A DNA stretch of 32,000 nt from Geotalea uraniireducens Rf4. Lineage in GTDB: Bacteria; Desulfobacterota; Desulfuromonadia; Geobacterales; Geobacteraceae. The translations under genes and the position numbers were made by a program. The DNA is taken from the NCBI RefSeq assembly GCF_000016745.1, contig NC_009483.1, positions 2,100,001 through 2,132,000 on the forward strand. The letters are read 5' to 3'. Under the pieces are notes generated by a model, which saw only the letters and a program-made list of their open reading frames with translations, was not told the origin of the DNA and searched no databases. Of the stretch, positions 9,139-17,718 are shown in pieces. Each line of letters starts with the position of its first letter. The stretch's first letter is position 1.

Positions 9139-9465
9139 ATGAGTTTATTCTCAAAATGGTTAAAAGTTTTAATCTTTGGTGTTATGATTATGGCACTTCT
9201 TGCAGCGTGTAGCGGCGGGACTCCAAAAAAGGAAGAAGTAACTGCATCGATAAAAAAAATCTTGCCGGTAAATTTCGAAGTTCTTGAGATAAATAAGCTA
9301 AAGGATATTCCGGGACTTTGCGAGGTTGTGGTTAAAGTGGATAAACAACCGGTTGTTTTTTATATTGATAATAAGGCGAAGTACGTAGTTTCCGGCAGCA
9401 TAGTCGCTGTCGACACAAAACAGAATTTGACGTTGGAAACCCAAAAGAAGTTTGCACAGAAATAG
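9139..9465 (+). CDS. small lipoprotein resembling a stand-alone DsbC N-terminal (dimerisation) domain
   Basis: 108-aa ORF with lipobox LAAC. The segment DIPGLCEVVVKVDKQPVVFYIDNKAKYVVSGSIVAVDTKQNLT matches the pattern I recall for the DsbC N-terminal domain (GL.EV......v.Y...dgkyvi.G...d......NlT). No thioredoxin domain or CXXC motif is present. Confidence 0.55.
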   Translation: MSLFSKWLKVLIFGVMIMALLAACSGGTPKKEEVTASIKKILPVNFEVLEINKLKDIPGLCEVVVKVDKQPVVFYIDNKAKYVVSGSIVAVDTKQNLTLETQKKFAQK

Positions 9466-9542
9466 ATATCGTTCCGGGTTATGTTGGTTTGTAATTTGTT
9501 TGCCATCTTATTTCAGGTTTTCATCACAATATAGGAGTGAAG

Positions 9543-10724
9543 ATGTTTCGTTACCTAACCGCCGGAGAATCCCACGGACCACAATTGACGGCCATTATCG
9601 AAGGGATACCTGCCGGACTATCTTTGTCCGAAGAACAGATCAACATCGACCTTGCACGTCGTCAGTGCGGTTACGGCCGCGGCGGCAGAATGCTCATCGA
9701 GAAGGACCAGGTGGAGATCCTTTCGGGGGTCCGCTGGGGCAAGACTATCGGCTCCCCCATTACCCTTTGTGTCAGGAACCGTGACTGGGAAAACTGGCAT
9801 GAGAAGATGTCGCCCCATGAGCGGTTTCATGACGATAAGATTCGCGTAACCCGATCCCGTCCCGGTCATGCCGATCTGCCGGGGGCGATGAAATATAACC
9901 ACCATGATGTGAGAAACATCCTGGAGCGTTCCAGCGCCCGTGAAACCGCAGTCCGTGTCGCCGTCGGTGCTGTCGCCAAGGCCCTCCTTAGCCAGTTTGA
10001 GATCGAGGTATGCGGTTTTGTTGCCGAATTGGGGGGGATCAAGGCAATTCGCCCCTCACTCCCCCTTGCAGCACTCAAAGATATGGCGGCAAAATCGGAA
10101 CTCTTCACTTATGACAAGTCTGTTGAGGAGGAGATGAAAAGGCTGATTGATACCGTTCGCGATGAAGGCGATACTGTCGGTGGTGTAATCGAGGTGAATG
10201 CAGTCGGTGTTCCTCCTGGGTTGGGAAGTCATGTGCAGTGGGATAGGAAGCTGGATGCACGTCTGGCAATGGCTGTTCTGAGTATCCAGGCCTTCAAGGG
10301 GGTGGAGATCGGCATAGGTTTTCAGGCTGCGGCAAGTACTGGCTCCAAGGTCCATGATGAAATCTTCTACGACTCTGCTCGCATTGCCCATGGAGAGCAA
10401 AGCGGCTTTTATCGGAAGTCGAACAATGCCGGCGGCATCGAGGGGGGGATCAGTAATGGTGAGGAGATAGTCGTCAGGGCGGCCATGAAGCCGATTCCGA
10501 CCCTGTACAAGCCGCTCCGTTCCGTGGATATCGTCTCCAAGGAGCCATATGAGGCTACCGTTGAGAGATCGGATGTCTGCGCCGTCCCTGCTGCATCTGT
10601 TGTTGCCGAGGCTGTGGTAGCCATTGAACTGGCCGATGCCTTTATGGTAAAGTTCGGCGGCGATTCCATTACGGAGATCAAGCGCAACTATCAGAGTTAC
10701 CTCGACTATTTGAGAGCTTTTTAG
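9543..10724 (+). CDS. aroC: chorismate synthase
   Basis: The N-terminus [26 protein letters not shown] is the chorismate synthase signature. Further signature segments are RPGHAD, GGGRSSARET-like ([13 protein letters not shown]) and [15 protein letters not shown] prefer ATG 9543, 5 nt after AGGAG at 9533-9537, over the in-frame GTG at 9537. Confidence 0.95.
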   Translation: MFRYLTAGESHGPQLTAIIEGIPAGLSLSEEQINIDLARRQCGYGRGGRMLIEKDQVEILSGVRWGKTIGSPITLCVRNRDWENWHEKMSPHERFHDDKIRVTRSRPGHADLPGAMKYNHHDVRNILERSSARETAVRVAVGAVAKALLSQFEIEVCGFVAELGGIKAIRPSLPLAALKDMAAKSELFTYDKSVEEEMKRLIDTVRDEGDTVGGVIEVNAVGVPPGLGSHVQWDRKLDARLAMAVLSIQAFKGVEIGIGFQAAASTGSKVHDEIFYDSARIAHGEQSGFYRKSNNAGGIEGGISNGEEIVVRAAMKPIPTLYKPLRSVDIVSKEPYEATVERSDVCAVPAASVVAEAVVAIELADAFMVKFGGDSITEIKRNYQSYLDYLRAF

Positions 10725-10725
10725 C

Positions 10726-11235
10726 ATGAAGAATGTTTTCCTGACCGGCTTTATGGGGACCGGTAAGAGCAGTGTCGGTAAAATCCTTGCCGAAAGGCTC
10801 GGCTGTCAATTCATCGATCTTGACGCGCTTATCGTTGCTGAGGCTGGGATGTCCATCAAGGAAATATTCGCCGCGCATGGGGAGCCGTATTTCCGTGCGT
10901 TGGAAGCAGATTTAGTCAGGCGGCTTATTTCTGAGAAGGGTGCGGTCGTTTCTACCGGCGGCGGCGTGGTCATTGACCCTGAAAACCGTCGACTGATGAG
11001 GGAAAATGGTGTTGTCGTAAATCTTACCGCAACTGTGCACGCAATACGCGAACGTCTTGCTGCTGATAACGAGCGGCCACTCTTGCAGGATGACAATTCC
11101 CTGGAAAAGATTGTTTCCATGCTGGCTGAACGTGAACCTTTCTATCGTGATGCCGACATCAGAATCGACACAACCGGTAAGGGTGTGGAAGATATTGTGC
11201 TGCAAATTTTAGTCTGGCTAAAAAGGGAATCCTGA
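10726..11235 (+). CDS. aroK: shikimate kinase
   Basis: 169 aa with Walker [19 protein letters not shown], then GEPYFRALE and VSTGGG motifs. It starts 1 nt after the aroC stop. Confidence 0.93.
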   Translation: MKNVFLTGFMGTGKSSVGKILAERLGCQFIDLDALIVAEAGMSIKEIFAAHGEPYFRALEADLVRRLISEKGAVVSTGGGVVIDPENRRLMRENGVVVNLTATVHAIRERLAADNERPLLQDDNSLEKIVSMLAEREPFYRDADIRIDTTGKGVEDIVLQILVWLKRES

Positions 11236-11236
11236 T

Positions 11237-12319
11237 TTGGAAACCATAACCGTAGGACTCGATGAACGAAGCTACCCGATTTTTTTCAATGTGAATGAGC
11301 TTTCCATGCTTGGTTCACTCTGTGCTGATCAAAAACTGGGGCAACGCGTGGCTGTGGTGACAAATCCAACAGTCGGCGCATGGTATTTTGAGCCGGTCAG
11401 GGAATCTCTCGTTTCTGCAGGTTTTTCCGTGCATAAGATAGAGGTCCCTGACGGTGAGGAATACAAAAACAGCGATACGCTGAAAGACATCTACGACTGG
11501 CTCATCGATTTCGGACTGGATCGCGGCTCTTTTATTGTGGCGCTTGGCGGCGGCGTAATCGGCGACATGGCCGGATATGCGGCGGCTACCTATCTGCGCG
11601 GCATTCCCTTTGTCCAGGTACCGACAACGTTGCTGGCGCAGGTGGACAGCAGTGTGGGCGGAAAAACCGGGATCAACCATGAAAAAGGAAAGAACCTTAT
11701 CGGCGCGTTTTACCAGCCCAGACTGGTCATGATTGATGTGGCGGTTCTGGATACCCTGGCAGAGCGGGAATATCTCAGTGGCCTGGCAGAAATGGCCAAA
11801 TATGGGGTTGTACTGGATGCCGAATTCTTCCGGTTCATGTATGACAATGTTGAAAAATTGCTTTCCCGGGACAAGGAATGCCTGCTGGCTGCGGTAAAGC
11901 GCTCCTGCGCACTGAAGGCTTCGGTTGTTGAGCAGGATGAGAGAGAAGGGGGCCTGCGAGCGGTCCTCAACTATGGCCATACGATCGGCCATGCCGTCGA
12001 GACCCTGACCGGTTACAGGCAGTATCTGCATGGCGAGGCTGTGGCCATCGGCATGGCGCAAGCGGCGAAGATTTCTGAGTCCATGGGTTTTTCCAGCAGT
12101 GACGACACCGAGAGGGTGCTTTCTTTGTTGAGTAAGCTGAAGCTGCCGCAGGATTTGCCACCTTTCAGCCCTTCCGAATACATCGAGGCCATTTGTCATG
12201 ACAAAAAAGTGCGGGATGGTGGTTTGAACTTTGTTTTTAACAAAAATCTGGGGAGTTTTACTATTGCCACTGTGGCTGATGTTTCTCAATTGCTGAGAAT
12301 CTGCGGAATTGGAGAGTGA
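11237..12319 (+). CDS. aroB: 3-dehydroquinate synthase
   Basis: 360 aa with a TTG start 1 nt after the aroK stop. Motifs seen: [50 protein letters not shown], and [12 protein letters not shown]...HGEAVAIGM. Confidence 0.93.
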   Translation: METITVGLDERSYPIFFNVNELSMLGSLCADQKLGQRVAVVTNPTVGAWYFEPVRESLVSAGFSVHKIEVPDGEEYKNSDTLKDIYDWLIDFGLDRGSFIVALGGGVIGDMAGYAAATYLRGIPFVQVPTTLLAQVDSSVGGKTGINHEKGKNLIGAFYQPRLVMIDVAVLDTLAEREYLSGLAEMAKYGVVLDAEFFRFMYDNVEKLLSRDKECLLAAVKRSCALKASVVEQDEREGGLRAVLNYGHTIGHAVETLTGYRQYLHGEAVAIGMAQAAKISESMGFSSSDDTERVLSLLSKLKLPQDLPPFSPSEYIEAICHDKKVRDGGLNFVFNKNLGSFTIATVADVSQLLRICGIGE

Positions 12320-12321
12320 CT

Positions 12322-13314
12322 ATGGCACAAGAATCTACCTCCTTCTGGGCTGATATTAAGAAGTATGAAGACATGCTTGCCAAGGACCCGCGCTCTTATT
12401 GTTTTGCGCCGCTTGCTGAGCTTTACCGCAAGCTGGGGCTTTTGGACGACGCAATTAATGTGGCTGTAAAAGGGTGTGAAGTTCATCCCGACTACGTCGG
12501 TGGATTTATGGCCTTGGGTAGGGCTTTTTATGAAAAAGGTCTGAAGGATGAGAGTAAGGCTGCCCTTGAGAGGGTGATCAGCGGGACACCCGATAACCAC
12601 CTGGCACAAAAATTACTCAGTCAAATATATACCGAGGCCGGGGATACGGCTTCAGCTATAAAATCACTCAGGACCATTCTTTCTTTGTATCCTGATGATC
12701 TTGAAAGCCAGGTCCTTTTGAAGTCACTGGAACGGGAAGACAGGCCTGCGGCGGAGCCGGCTTGCGAATTTCCCAGCGATGATGCAGCATCTATCGAAAC
12801 CGATGCCGGGGATCTGTATAACGAAACTTTGTCGGAAGATAATTTTGATCTGGAATATGCCGAGATAATAGAAGACCTTACCGAAGAAATAGACGCGTTT
12901 GAGGGCGAATATCCGGACGATGCGACTAAGGGTGGGGGAATAACCATCGGCAGTGGATTGGATGATGGTGAACGTAAAGATCCGCTGAGAACAGCCACAT
13001 TGGCGGAACTCTATGTATCCCAGGGGATGTTGACAGCTGCTTTGGAAATATATGGTGAACTGCTGGCAACTGAGCCGGACAATCATGAGTATGGAAAACG
13101 CTTGTGCGAACTCCGGGAAATGTTGGCTAATGAGGCGGAAGTCGATGAGTACATGCAGCCGGCGACGGTTTTGCCATTGAGTGAAGCTTCCGAGACAGTG
13201 GCGGATATTTATGCGTTTGCGGCTACAGAGCACGAACTTGCGCCGACAGGTACTGACACGTCTGTTGTTGCCACATTGGAAAATTGGTTGGAGAATATCA
13301 AGAGGAGGCGGTAA
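12322..13314 (+). CDS. tetratricopeptide-repeat protein with an acidic central linker
   Basis: TPR-like helices at the N-terminus (CFAPLAELYRKLGLLDDAINVAVKGCEVHPDYVGGFMALGRAFYEKGLKDESKAALERV...) and C-terminus (TATLAELYVSQGMLTAALEIYGELLATEPDNHEY). A D/E-rich linker separates them. ATG 12322 follows GGAGAG (12311-12316) and lies 2 nt after the aroB TGA. Confidence 0.75.
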   Translation: MAQESTSFWADIKKYEDMLAKDPRSYCFAPLAELYRKLGLLDDAINVAVKGCEVHPDYVGGFMALGRAFYEKGLKDESKAALERVISGTPDNHLAQKLLSQIYTEAGDTASAIKSLRTILSLYPDDLESQVLLKSLEREDRPAAEPACEFPSDDAASIETDAGDLYNETLSEDNFDLEYAEIIEDLTEEIDAFEGEYPDDATKGGGITIGSGLDDGERKDPLRTATLAELYVSQGMLTAALEIYGELLATEPDNHEYGKRLCELREMLANEAEVDEYMQPATVLPLSEASETVADIYAFAATEHELAPTGTDTSVVATLENWLENIKRRR

Positions 13315-13676
13315 TGTCATTCAGGGAGACCTTGCAGTATATCGTTGAGAATGTTGGTGGAGGGCTGGGCGCGGTTATCATGGGGTACGACGGCATACCC
13401 ATTGATGAGTATGTAAAGGAAGACGGCGCACTGGATGTACAGCTTCTCACGGCTGAATATGCTGCCGTGCTGAAGGAGATCAAGAGGACTGTTGAGGTAC
13501 TGAAAACCGGCGTTCTGGAGGAAGTGGCCATAAATACCGAATTCTCCATTGCCATTGCCAGGGTAATTAATGACGATTTTTTTGTTGTCCTCGTTATGGG
13601 GAGTGAGGGAAACTTTGGCAAGGGTCGTTTTCTCCTGCGGCGTGAGGGTCCGAAATTGGGCGAAGCACTCCAGTGA
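13314..13676 (+). CDS. Roadblock/LC7 (MglB-like) domain protein
   Basis: 120 aa. The pattern LQYIVENVGGGLGAVIMGYDGIPIDEY...DVQLLTAEYAAVLKEIKRTVEVL..GVLEEVAINTEFSIAIARVINDDFFVVLVMGSEGNFGKGRFLLRR fits the Roadblock/LC7 alpha-beta-alpha fold family. Its ATG overlaps the TPR gene stop (TAATG), and AGGAGG lies at 13302-13307. Confidence 0.75.
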   Translation: MSFRETLQYIVENVGGGLGAVIMGYDGIPIDEYVKEDGALDVQLLTAEYAAVLKEIKRTVEVLKTGVLEEVAINTEFSIAIARVINDDFFVVLVMGSEGNFGKGRFLLRREGPKLGEALQ

Positions 13677-13779
13677 CAATCGTTAGAAAGTGACTGGTCT
13701 ATGGTTGATGGTATTTAACCTTCCGCCATCCACCATCCACCATTAACTGACTTTATCAATCATCTGCCGGAGTAATGAT

Positions 13780-14214
13780 ATGAAAATTCTCGTGTTGCAC
13801 GGACCAAACCTGAACATGCTTGGGACAAGAGAGCCTGAAGTCTACGGGAAGATGACTCTCGATGATATTGATTCAACTCTGAAGGAACTGGCTTGTGAAC
13901 TGGGAGTTGAATTGACAATCTATCAGTCGAATTCTGAAGGGGCTCTTGTTGATAAGATTCAATCTGCTGTCGGTTCTTTTGACGGTATTCTTATAAATCC
14001 TGCTGCTTATACCCACACCAGCGTCGCAATCCGTGACGCCATAGCCGCAACTGCCCTGCCGACAGTAGAGGTCCATCTCTCCAATATCCACAGTCGCGAG
14101 GAGTTCAGAACCAAAAGCTTTGTGGCCCCCATAGCCCTCGGACAGATCAGTGGATTCGGCGCTGACAGTTATCTGTTGGGGCTTCGCGCGCTTTTTAACC
14201 ATAATAAAAAATAG
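13780..14214 (+). CDS. aroQ: type II 3-dehydroquinate dehydratase
   Basis: 144 aa: [23 protein letters not shown]...[16 protein letters not shown]...[15 protein letters not shown]. These are classic type II DHQase motifs. Confidence 0.95.
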
Positions 14215-14234
14215 ATTGTATTACGGGTTTGATT

Positions 14235-15305
14235 ATGCTAAAAGACAGAATCTTATCGGCCCAGGGCTTTCTGCAAAGGTTTGACGTTGATGTTCTTATC
14301 TTTGTCAACCTCTGCGATATCCGATACCTGACCGGTTTCACCGGTAGTTCCGGCACACTTGTATTGGGACGGGACGAGGGATGGTTTCTCACTGATTCCC
14401 GCTATACTACGCAGGCTTCCGATGAGGTCAGCGGCTTCAACATTATAGAGTATCGTAGCCAACTGGAGGGTGTGTCGTCCCTTCTCAAGGGTATTTCGGC
14501 ACAACGGGCTGGTTTTGAAGCCGGACATATGACGGTTGCACTCTATAATGAGCTTTCAGCGACGTTACCGGCTGTGCATTTCACTCCTATTGGCGCGGAG
14601 CTGGATCACCTGCGTTCAGTGAAGGATGCAGAAGAAGTCCAACTGCTAGCCTCAAGTGCAGAAATTGCCTCAACCGCTCTTTTGGGTATATTGGACAGGA
14701 TCAGGCCGGGCGCTTTGGAACGGGACGTAGCCCTGGCGCTTGAATTCGCCATGAAAAGCGCCGGTGCGGAAGAGAAGGCTTTTGATTTCATAGTCGCCTC
14801 CGGTAAAAGAGGGGCGCTTCCCCATGGCAAGGCAAGCGATAAGGTCATTAACAGCGGCGAACTCGTGACAGTAGATTTTGGCGCTGTTTATAACGGTTAT
14901 TTTTCCGATGAAACGGTCACGGTCGCTGTCGGGAAACCGGACGAACGTCAGCGGGAAATTTACTCGATTGTCAAGGATGCCCATGACCGTGCTCTGGCAG
15001 CAGTCCGGCCGGGAATAAATTTTAAAGAGCTGGATACCCTGGCCAGGGACTACATTGCGGAAAAAGGCTTCGGCAGTAATTTTGGGCATGGCCTGGGTCA
15101 TGGTGTCGGCCTTGAAGTTCACGAACAGCCGGTTGTTTCATTCCGCAGCGAAGGGCTGGTTGAAGAGGGGATGGTTTTTACCATTGAACCCGGCATTTAC
15201 ATTCCCGGCTGGGGTGGGATCAGAATCGAGGATACCGTGGTTGTGACGGCCGATGGGTACAGGATTCTGACAAAGGTTCCCAAGGAATTACAGATTATTA
15301 CTTAG
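14235..15305 (+). CDS. M24-family Xaa-Pro aminopeptidase/dipeptidase
   Basis: Creatinase-like N-domain followed by a pita-bread metal-site pattern (VTVDFGAVYNGYFSDET, HGLGHGVGLEVHEQP, FTIEPGIY, GIRIEDTVVVT). The start could instead be TTG 14229. Confidence 0.88.
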   Translation: MLKDRILSAQGFLQRFDVDVLIFVNLCDIRYLTGFTGSSGTLVLGRDEGWFLTDSRYTTQASDEVSGFNIIEYRSQLEGVSSLLKGISAQRAGFEAGHMTVALYNELSATLPAVHFTPIGAELDHLRSVKDAEEVQLLASSAEIASTALLGILDRIRPGALERDVALALEFAMKSAGAEEKAFDFIVASGKRGALPHGKASDKVINSGELVTVDFGAVYNGYFSDETVTVAVGKPDERQREIYSIVKDAHDRALAAVRPGINFKELDTLARDYIAEKGFGSNFGHGLGHGVGLEVHEQPVVSFRSEGLVEEGMVFTIEPGIYIPGWGGIRIEDTVVVTADGYRILTKVPKELQIIT

Positions 15306-15367
15306 TTTAATTCTGTAACAGAGCATTGATTGTTACAGGAAGATAAAAGCATAAAAGGAGAAGGTAA

Positions 15368-15841
15368 ATGGATATAAAAGATTTAAAATCATTGATAAAG
15401 ATGGTGACTGAAACAGACATTACCGAGTTTGATCTGGAAAATGCCGATGAAAAGATCAGAATCAAGCGGGGGGTGACCCCTGAAGTGATACATTATCAGG
15501 CGCCGCAGCATGTGGCTCCAATCCAGTATGCTGCGCCTCAGCAGGTAGCCTCGGTTCCAGCTGCTGCTGAATCCGTACCGGCGCCTTCTGCAGCAGAAAA
15601 GGGTCAGACTGTTACCTCTCCCATTGTCGGTACTTTCTACCGCGCACCCGCTCCCGATGCTGCTCCGTATGTGGAAGTCGGGCAGGTCGTTGAAAAGGGC
15701 CAGGTATTGTGCATCGTCGAAGCCATGAAACTTATGAACGAGATCGAAGCGGAATATCGTTGCAAGATCTTAAAGATAAGCAAAGAGAACGCCCATCCGG
15801 TCGAGTTCGGTGAGGCCCTGTTTGTCGTAGAACCCCTGTAA
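15368..15841 (+). CDS. accB: acetyl-CoA carboxylase biotin carboxyl carrier protein
   Basis: 157 aa with an Ala/Pro-rich linker and the biotinylation motif CIVEAMKLMNEIEA. AAGGAG lies 6-7 nt upstream of the ATG. Confidence 0.95.
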   Translation: MDIKDLKSLIKMVTETDITEFDLENADEKIRIKRGVTPEVIHYQAPQHVAPIQYAAPQQVASVPAAAESVPAPSAAEKGQTVTSPIVGTFYRAPAPDAAPYVEVGQVVEKGQVLCIVEAMKLMNEIEAEYRCKILKISKENAHPVEFGEALFVVEPL

Positions 15842-15905
15842 ATCAGTTGCTGGTTTATCGTAGATGGTCGATTTTAACAGTTAACAGTTTCTGGAGACCC
15901 AATAG

Positions 15906-17246
15906 ATGTTCCATAAAGTGCTCATAGCCAACAGGGGCGAAATTGCCCTCCGTGTAATCAGGGCCTGTAAGGAGTTGGGGATAAAAACCGTTGCGGTTTA
16001 TTCCACCGCTGACAGTGAGTCCCTGCACGTGAAACTTGCCGATGAAAGTGTTTGCATCGGACCTGCACCCAGCCTGCAGAGTTACCTGAATATCAACGCC
16101 ATCATCAGTGCTGCCGAGTTGACCGATGCGGAAGCCATTCATCCCGGATACGGATTTCTGTCAGAAAACGCCGCCTTTGCTGAAATTTGCGAAAACTGCG
16201 GCATAACCTTTATCGGCCCTTCCTCTGAGAGCATGCGGCTTATGGGTGACAAGATCAGCGCCCGTCAGGCCGTCATCAAGGAAGGGGTTCCCATTCTCCC
16301 GGGCACCAAGGAGGGGGTGAACGATGTCAATGAGGCTGTCAAGATCGCCAAAAAAATCGGCTTCCCGGTGATAATCAAGGCTACAGCCGGCGGCGGCGGC
16401 AGAGGGATGAAAATCGTCCATTCTCCGGCAACCCTTCCCAATGCATTTGCCACTGCCAGGGCGGAAGCGCAGGCCGGCTTCGGCAACCCGGAAGTGTATA
16501 TTGAAAAATACTGCGAAGAGCCGCGTCATGTCGAGATCCAGATTCTCGCTGATAAGCACGGCAACGTTATTCATCTGGGGGAACGTGATTGCTCGATTCA
16601 GCGTCGTCACCAGAAGATCATAGAAGAGGCCCCCTCAACCGTCAGTACTCCCGAGTTGCGTAAGGCCATGGGAGATGCCGCAGTCCGTGCTGCAAAAGCA
16701 GTGGGTTATAACAGTGTCGGCACCATGGAATTCCTGGTTGATAAGAACAATGACTTCTATTTCATGGAAATGAACACCCGCGTTCAGGTAGAACACCCGG
16801 TTACCGAAATGGTTACCGGCGTGGATATCGTCCGGGAACAGATCCGTTCAGCCGCTGGTCTTAAACTACGTTACAAGCAGAGCGATATCAAGATTAACGG
16901 ACATTCCATAGAGTGCAGGATAAATGCTGAAGATCCTGCCAAGTTCACGCCATGCCCGGGAAAGATAATCTCTTACCACACCCCCGGCGGTCTCGGTGTG
17001 CGTGTGGATTCCTTTGTCTATGATCAGTACTCGGTACTGCCTCACTATGATTCGCTGATCGCTAAACTGATAGTACATGCGGAAACCAGGGATGATGCCA
17101 TAAAGCGGATGGCAAGGGCTCTGGATGAATATATTATCGAAGGTATTAAGACAACCATTCCGTTTCACAAGAGAATCATGGCAAACAAAGACTTTATCGA
17201 AGGGAATATCGACACCGGTTTCCTTGAGAAAATGGTTTTGGAGTAG
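15906..17246 (+). CDS. accC: acetyl-CoA carboxylase biotin carboxylase subunit
   Basis: 446 aa: [24 protein letters not shown]-grasp [21 protein letters not shown], and the C-terminal domain. Confidence 0.96.
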   Translation: MFHKVLIANRGEIALRVIRACKELGIKTVAVYSTADSESLHVKLADESVCIGPAPSLQSYLNINAIISAAELTDAEAIHPGYGFLSENAAFAEICENCGITFIGPSSESMRLMGDKISARQAVIKEGVPILPGTKEGVNDVNEAVKIAKKIGFPVIIKATAGGGGRGMKIVHSPATLPNAFATARAEAQAGFGNPEVYIEKYCEEPRHVEIQILADKHGNVIHLGERDCSIQRRHQKIIEEAPSTVSTPELRKAMGDAAVRAAKAVGYNSVGTMEFLVDKNNDFYFMEMNTRVQVEHPVTEMVTGVDIVREQIRSAAGLKLRYKQSDIKINGHSIECRINAEDPAKFTPCPGKIISYHTPGGLGVRVDSFVYDQYSVLPHYDSLIAKLIVHAETRDDAIKRMARALDEYIIEGIKTTIPFHKRIMANKDFIEGNIDTGFLEKMVLE

Positions 17247-17248
17247 TT

Positions 17249-17635
17249 ATGGATTTTCCTGAGGAATTAAAGTACAGCAAAGAGCATATCTGGGTAAGAG
17301 TGGAAGGGAACCGGGGCGTAATTGGGATTACCGATTACGCCCAGCAAGAGCTTGGAACCATAACGGTGATTGAGCTCCCTTCTGTGGGCGATGAATTGGA
17401 ACAGGATGACTCGTTCGGTTCAGTGGAGGCGAGAAAGACCGTAGCAGATCTTTATGCGCCGTTGAGCGGATCGGTTGCGGAAGTCAATGGTGAGTTGCGG
17501 GATGCACCGGAAATTGTAAACGATGATCCCTATGACAGTGGTTGGTTGGTTGTGGTTGACATTGCCGATCATGAAGAGCTTAATCTGTTGATGTCAGCAG
17601 AACTTTACGAGGATTATGTTGCAGAAAGCAGATAA
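17249..17635 (+). CDS. gcvH: glycine cleavage system H-protein family lipoyl carrier
   Basis: 128 aa: YSKEHIWV...GITDYAQQELG.I..IELP..G...........GSVEARKTVADLYAPLSGSVAEVN. The lipoyl-Lys position is conserved. It starts 2 nt after the accC stop. Confidence 0.88.
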   Translation: MDFPEELKYSKEHIWVRVEGNRGVIGITDYAQQELGTITVIELPSVGDELEQDDSFGSVEARKTVADLYAPLSGSVAEVNGELRDAPEIVNDDPYDSGWLVVVDIADHEELNLLMSAELYEDYVAESR

Positions 17636-17662
17636 GTAGAAATGCATTTAACATCATTTGCA

Positions 17663-17689
17663 AGGCGAGATATAATCTCGCCTTTTTTG
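17663..17689 (+). terminator. rho-independent terminator after gcvH
   Basis: Stem AGGCGAGA (17663-17670), loop TATAA, stem TCTCGCCT (17676-17683), followed by a T-run to about 17688. Confidence 0.8.
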
Positions 17690-17718
17690 TTATGCATCCT
17701 GAGACTTGAGAGGAACCG

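Noticed and set aside
9452-9784. A 110-aa + strand ORF spanning the DsbC-N gene end and the aroC start
   Set aside because: It is out of frame with aroC, whose N-terminus is a textbook chorismate synthase signature. Its translation is Arg/Pro-rich nonsense.
11315-12289. A 324-aa minus-strand ORF antisense to aroB, and similar long antisense ORFs in pilQ (882-1562, 1873-2799), aroC (10056-10727), the TPR gene (12724-13320), nifU/nifS (21893-22645, 22847-23386) and the NHL gene (30011-30544, 31129-31698)
   Set aside because: Each is fully nested in a confidently identified gene on the other strand. Each gives an Arg/Ser/Leu-rich or otherwise featureless translation and has no RBS.
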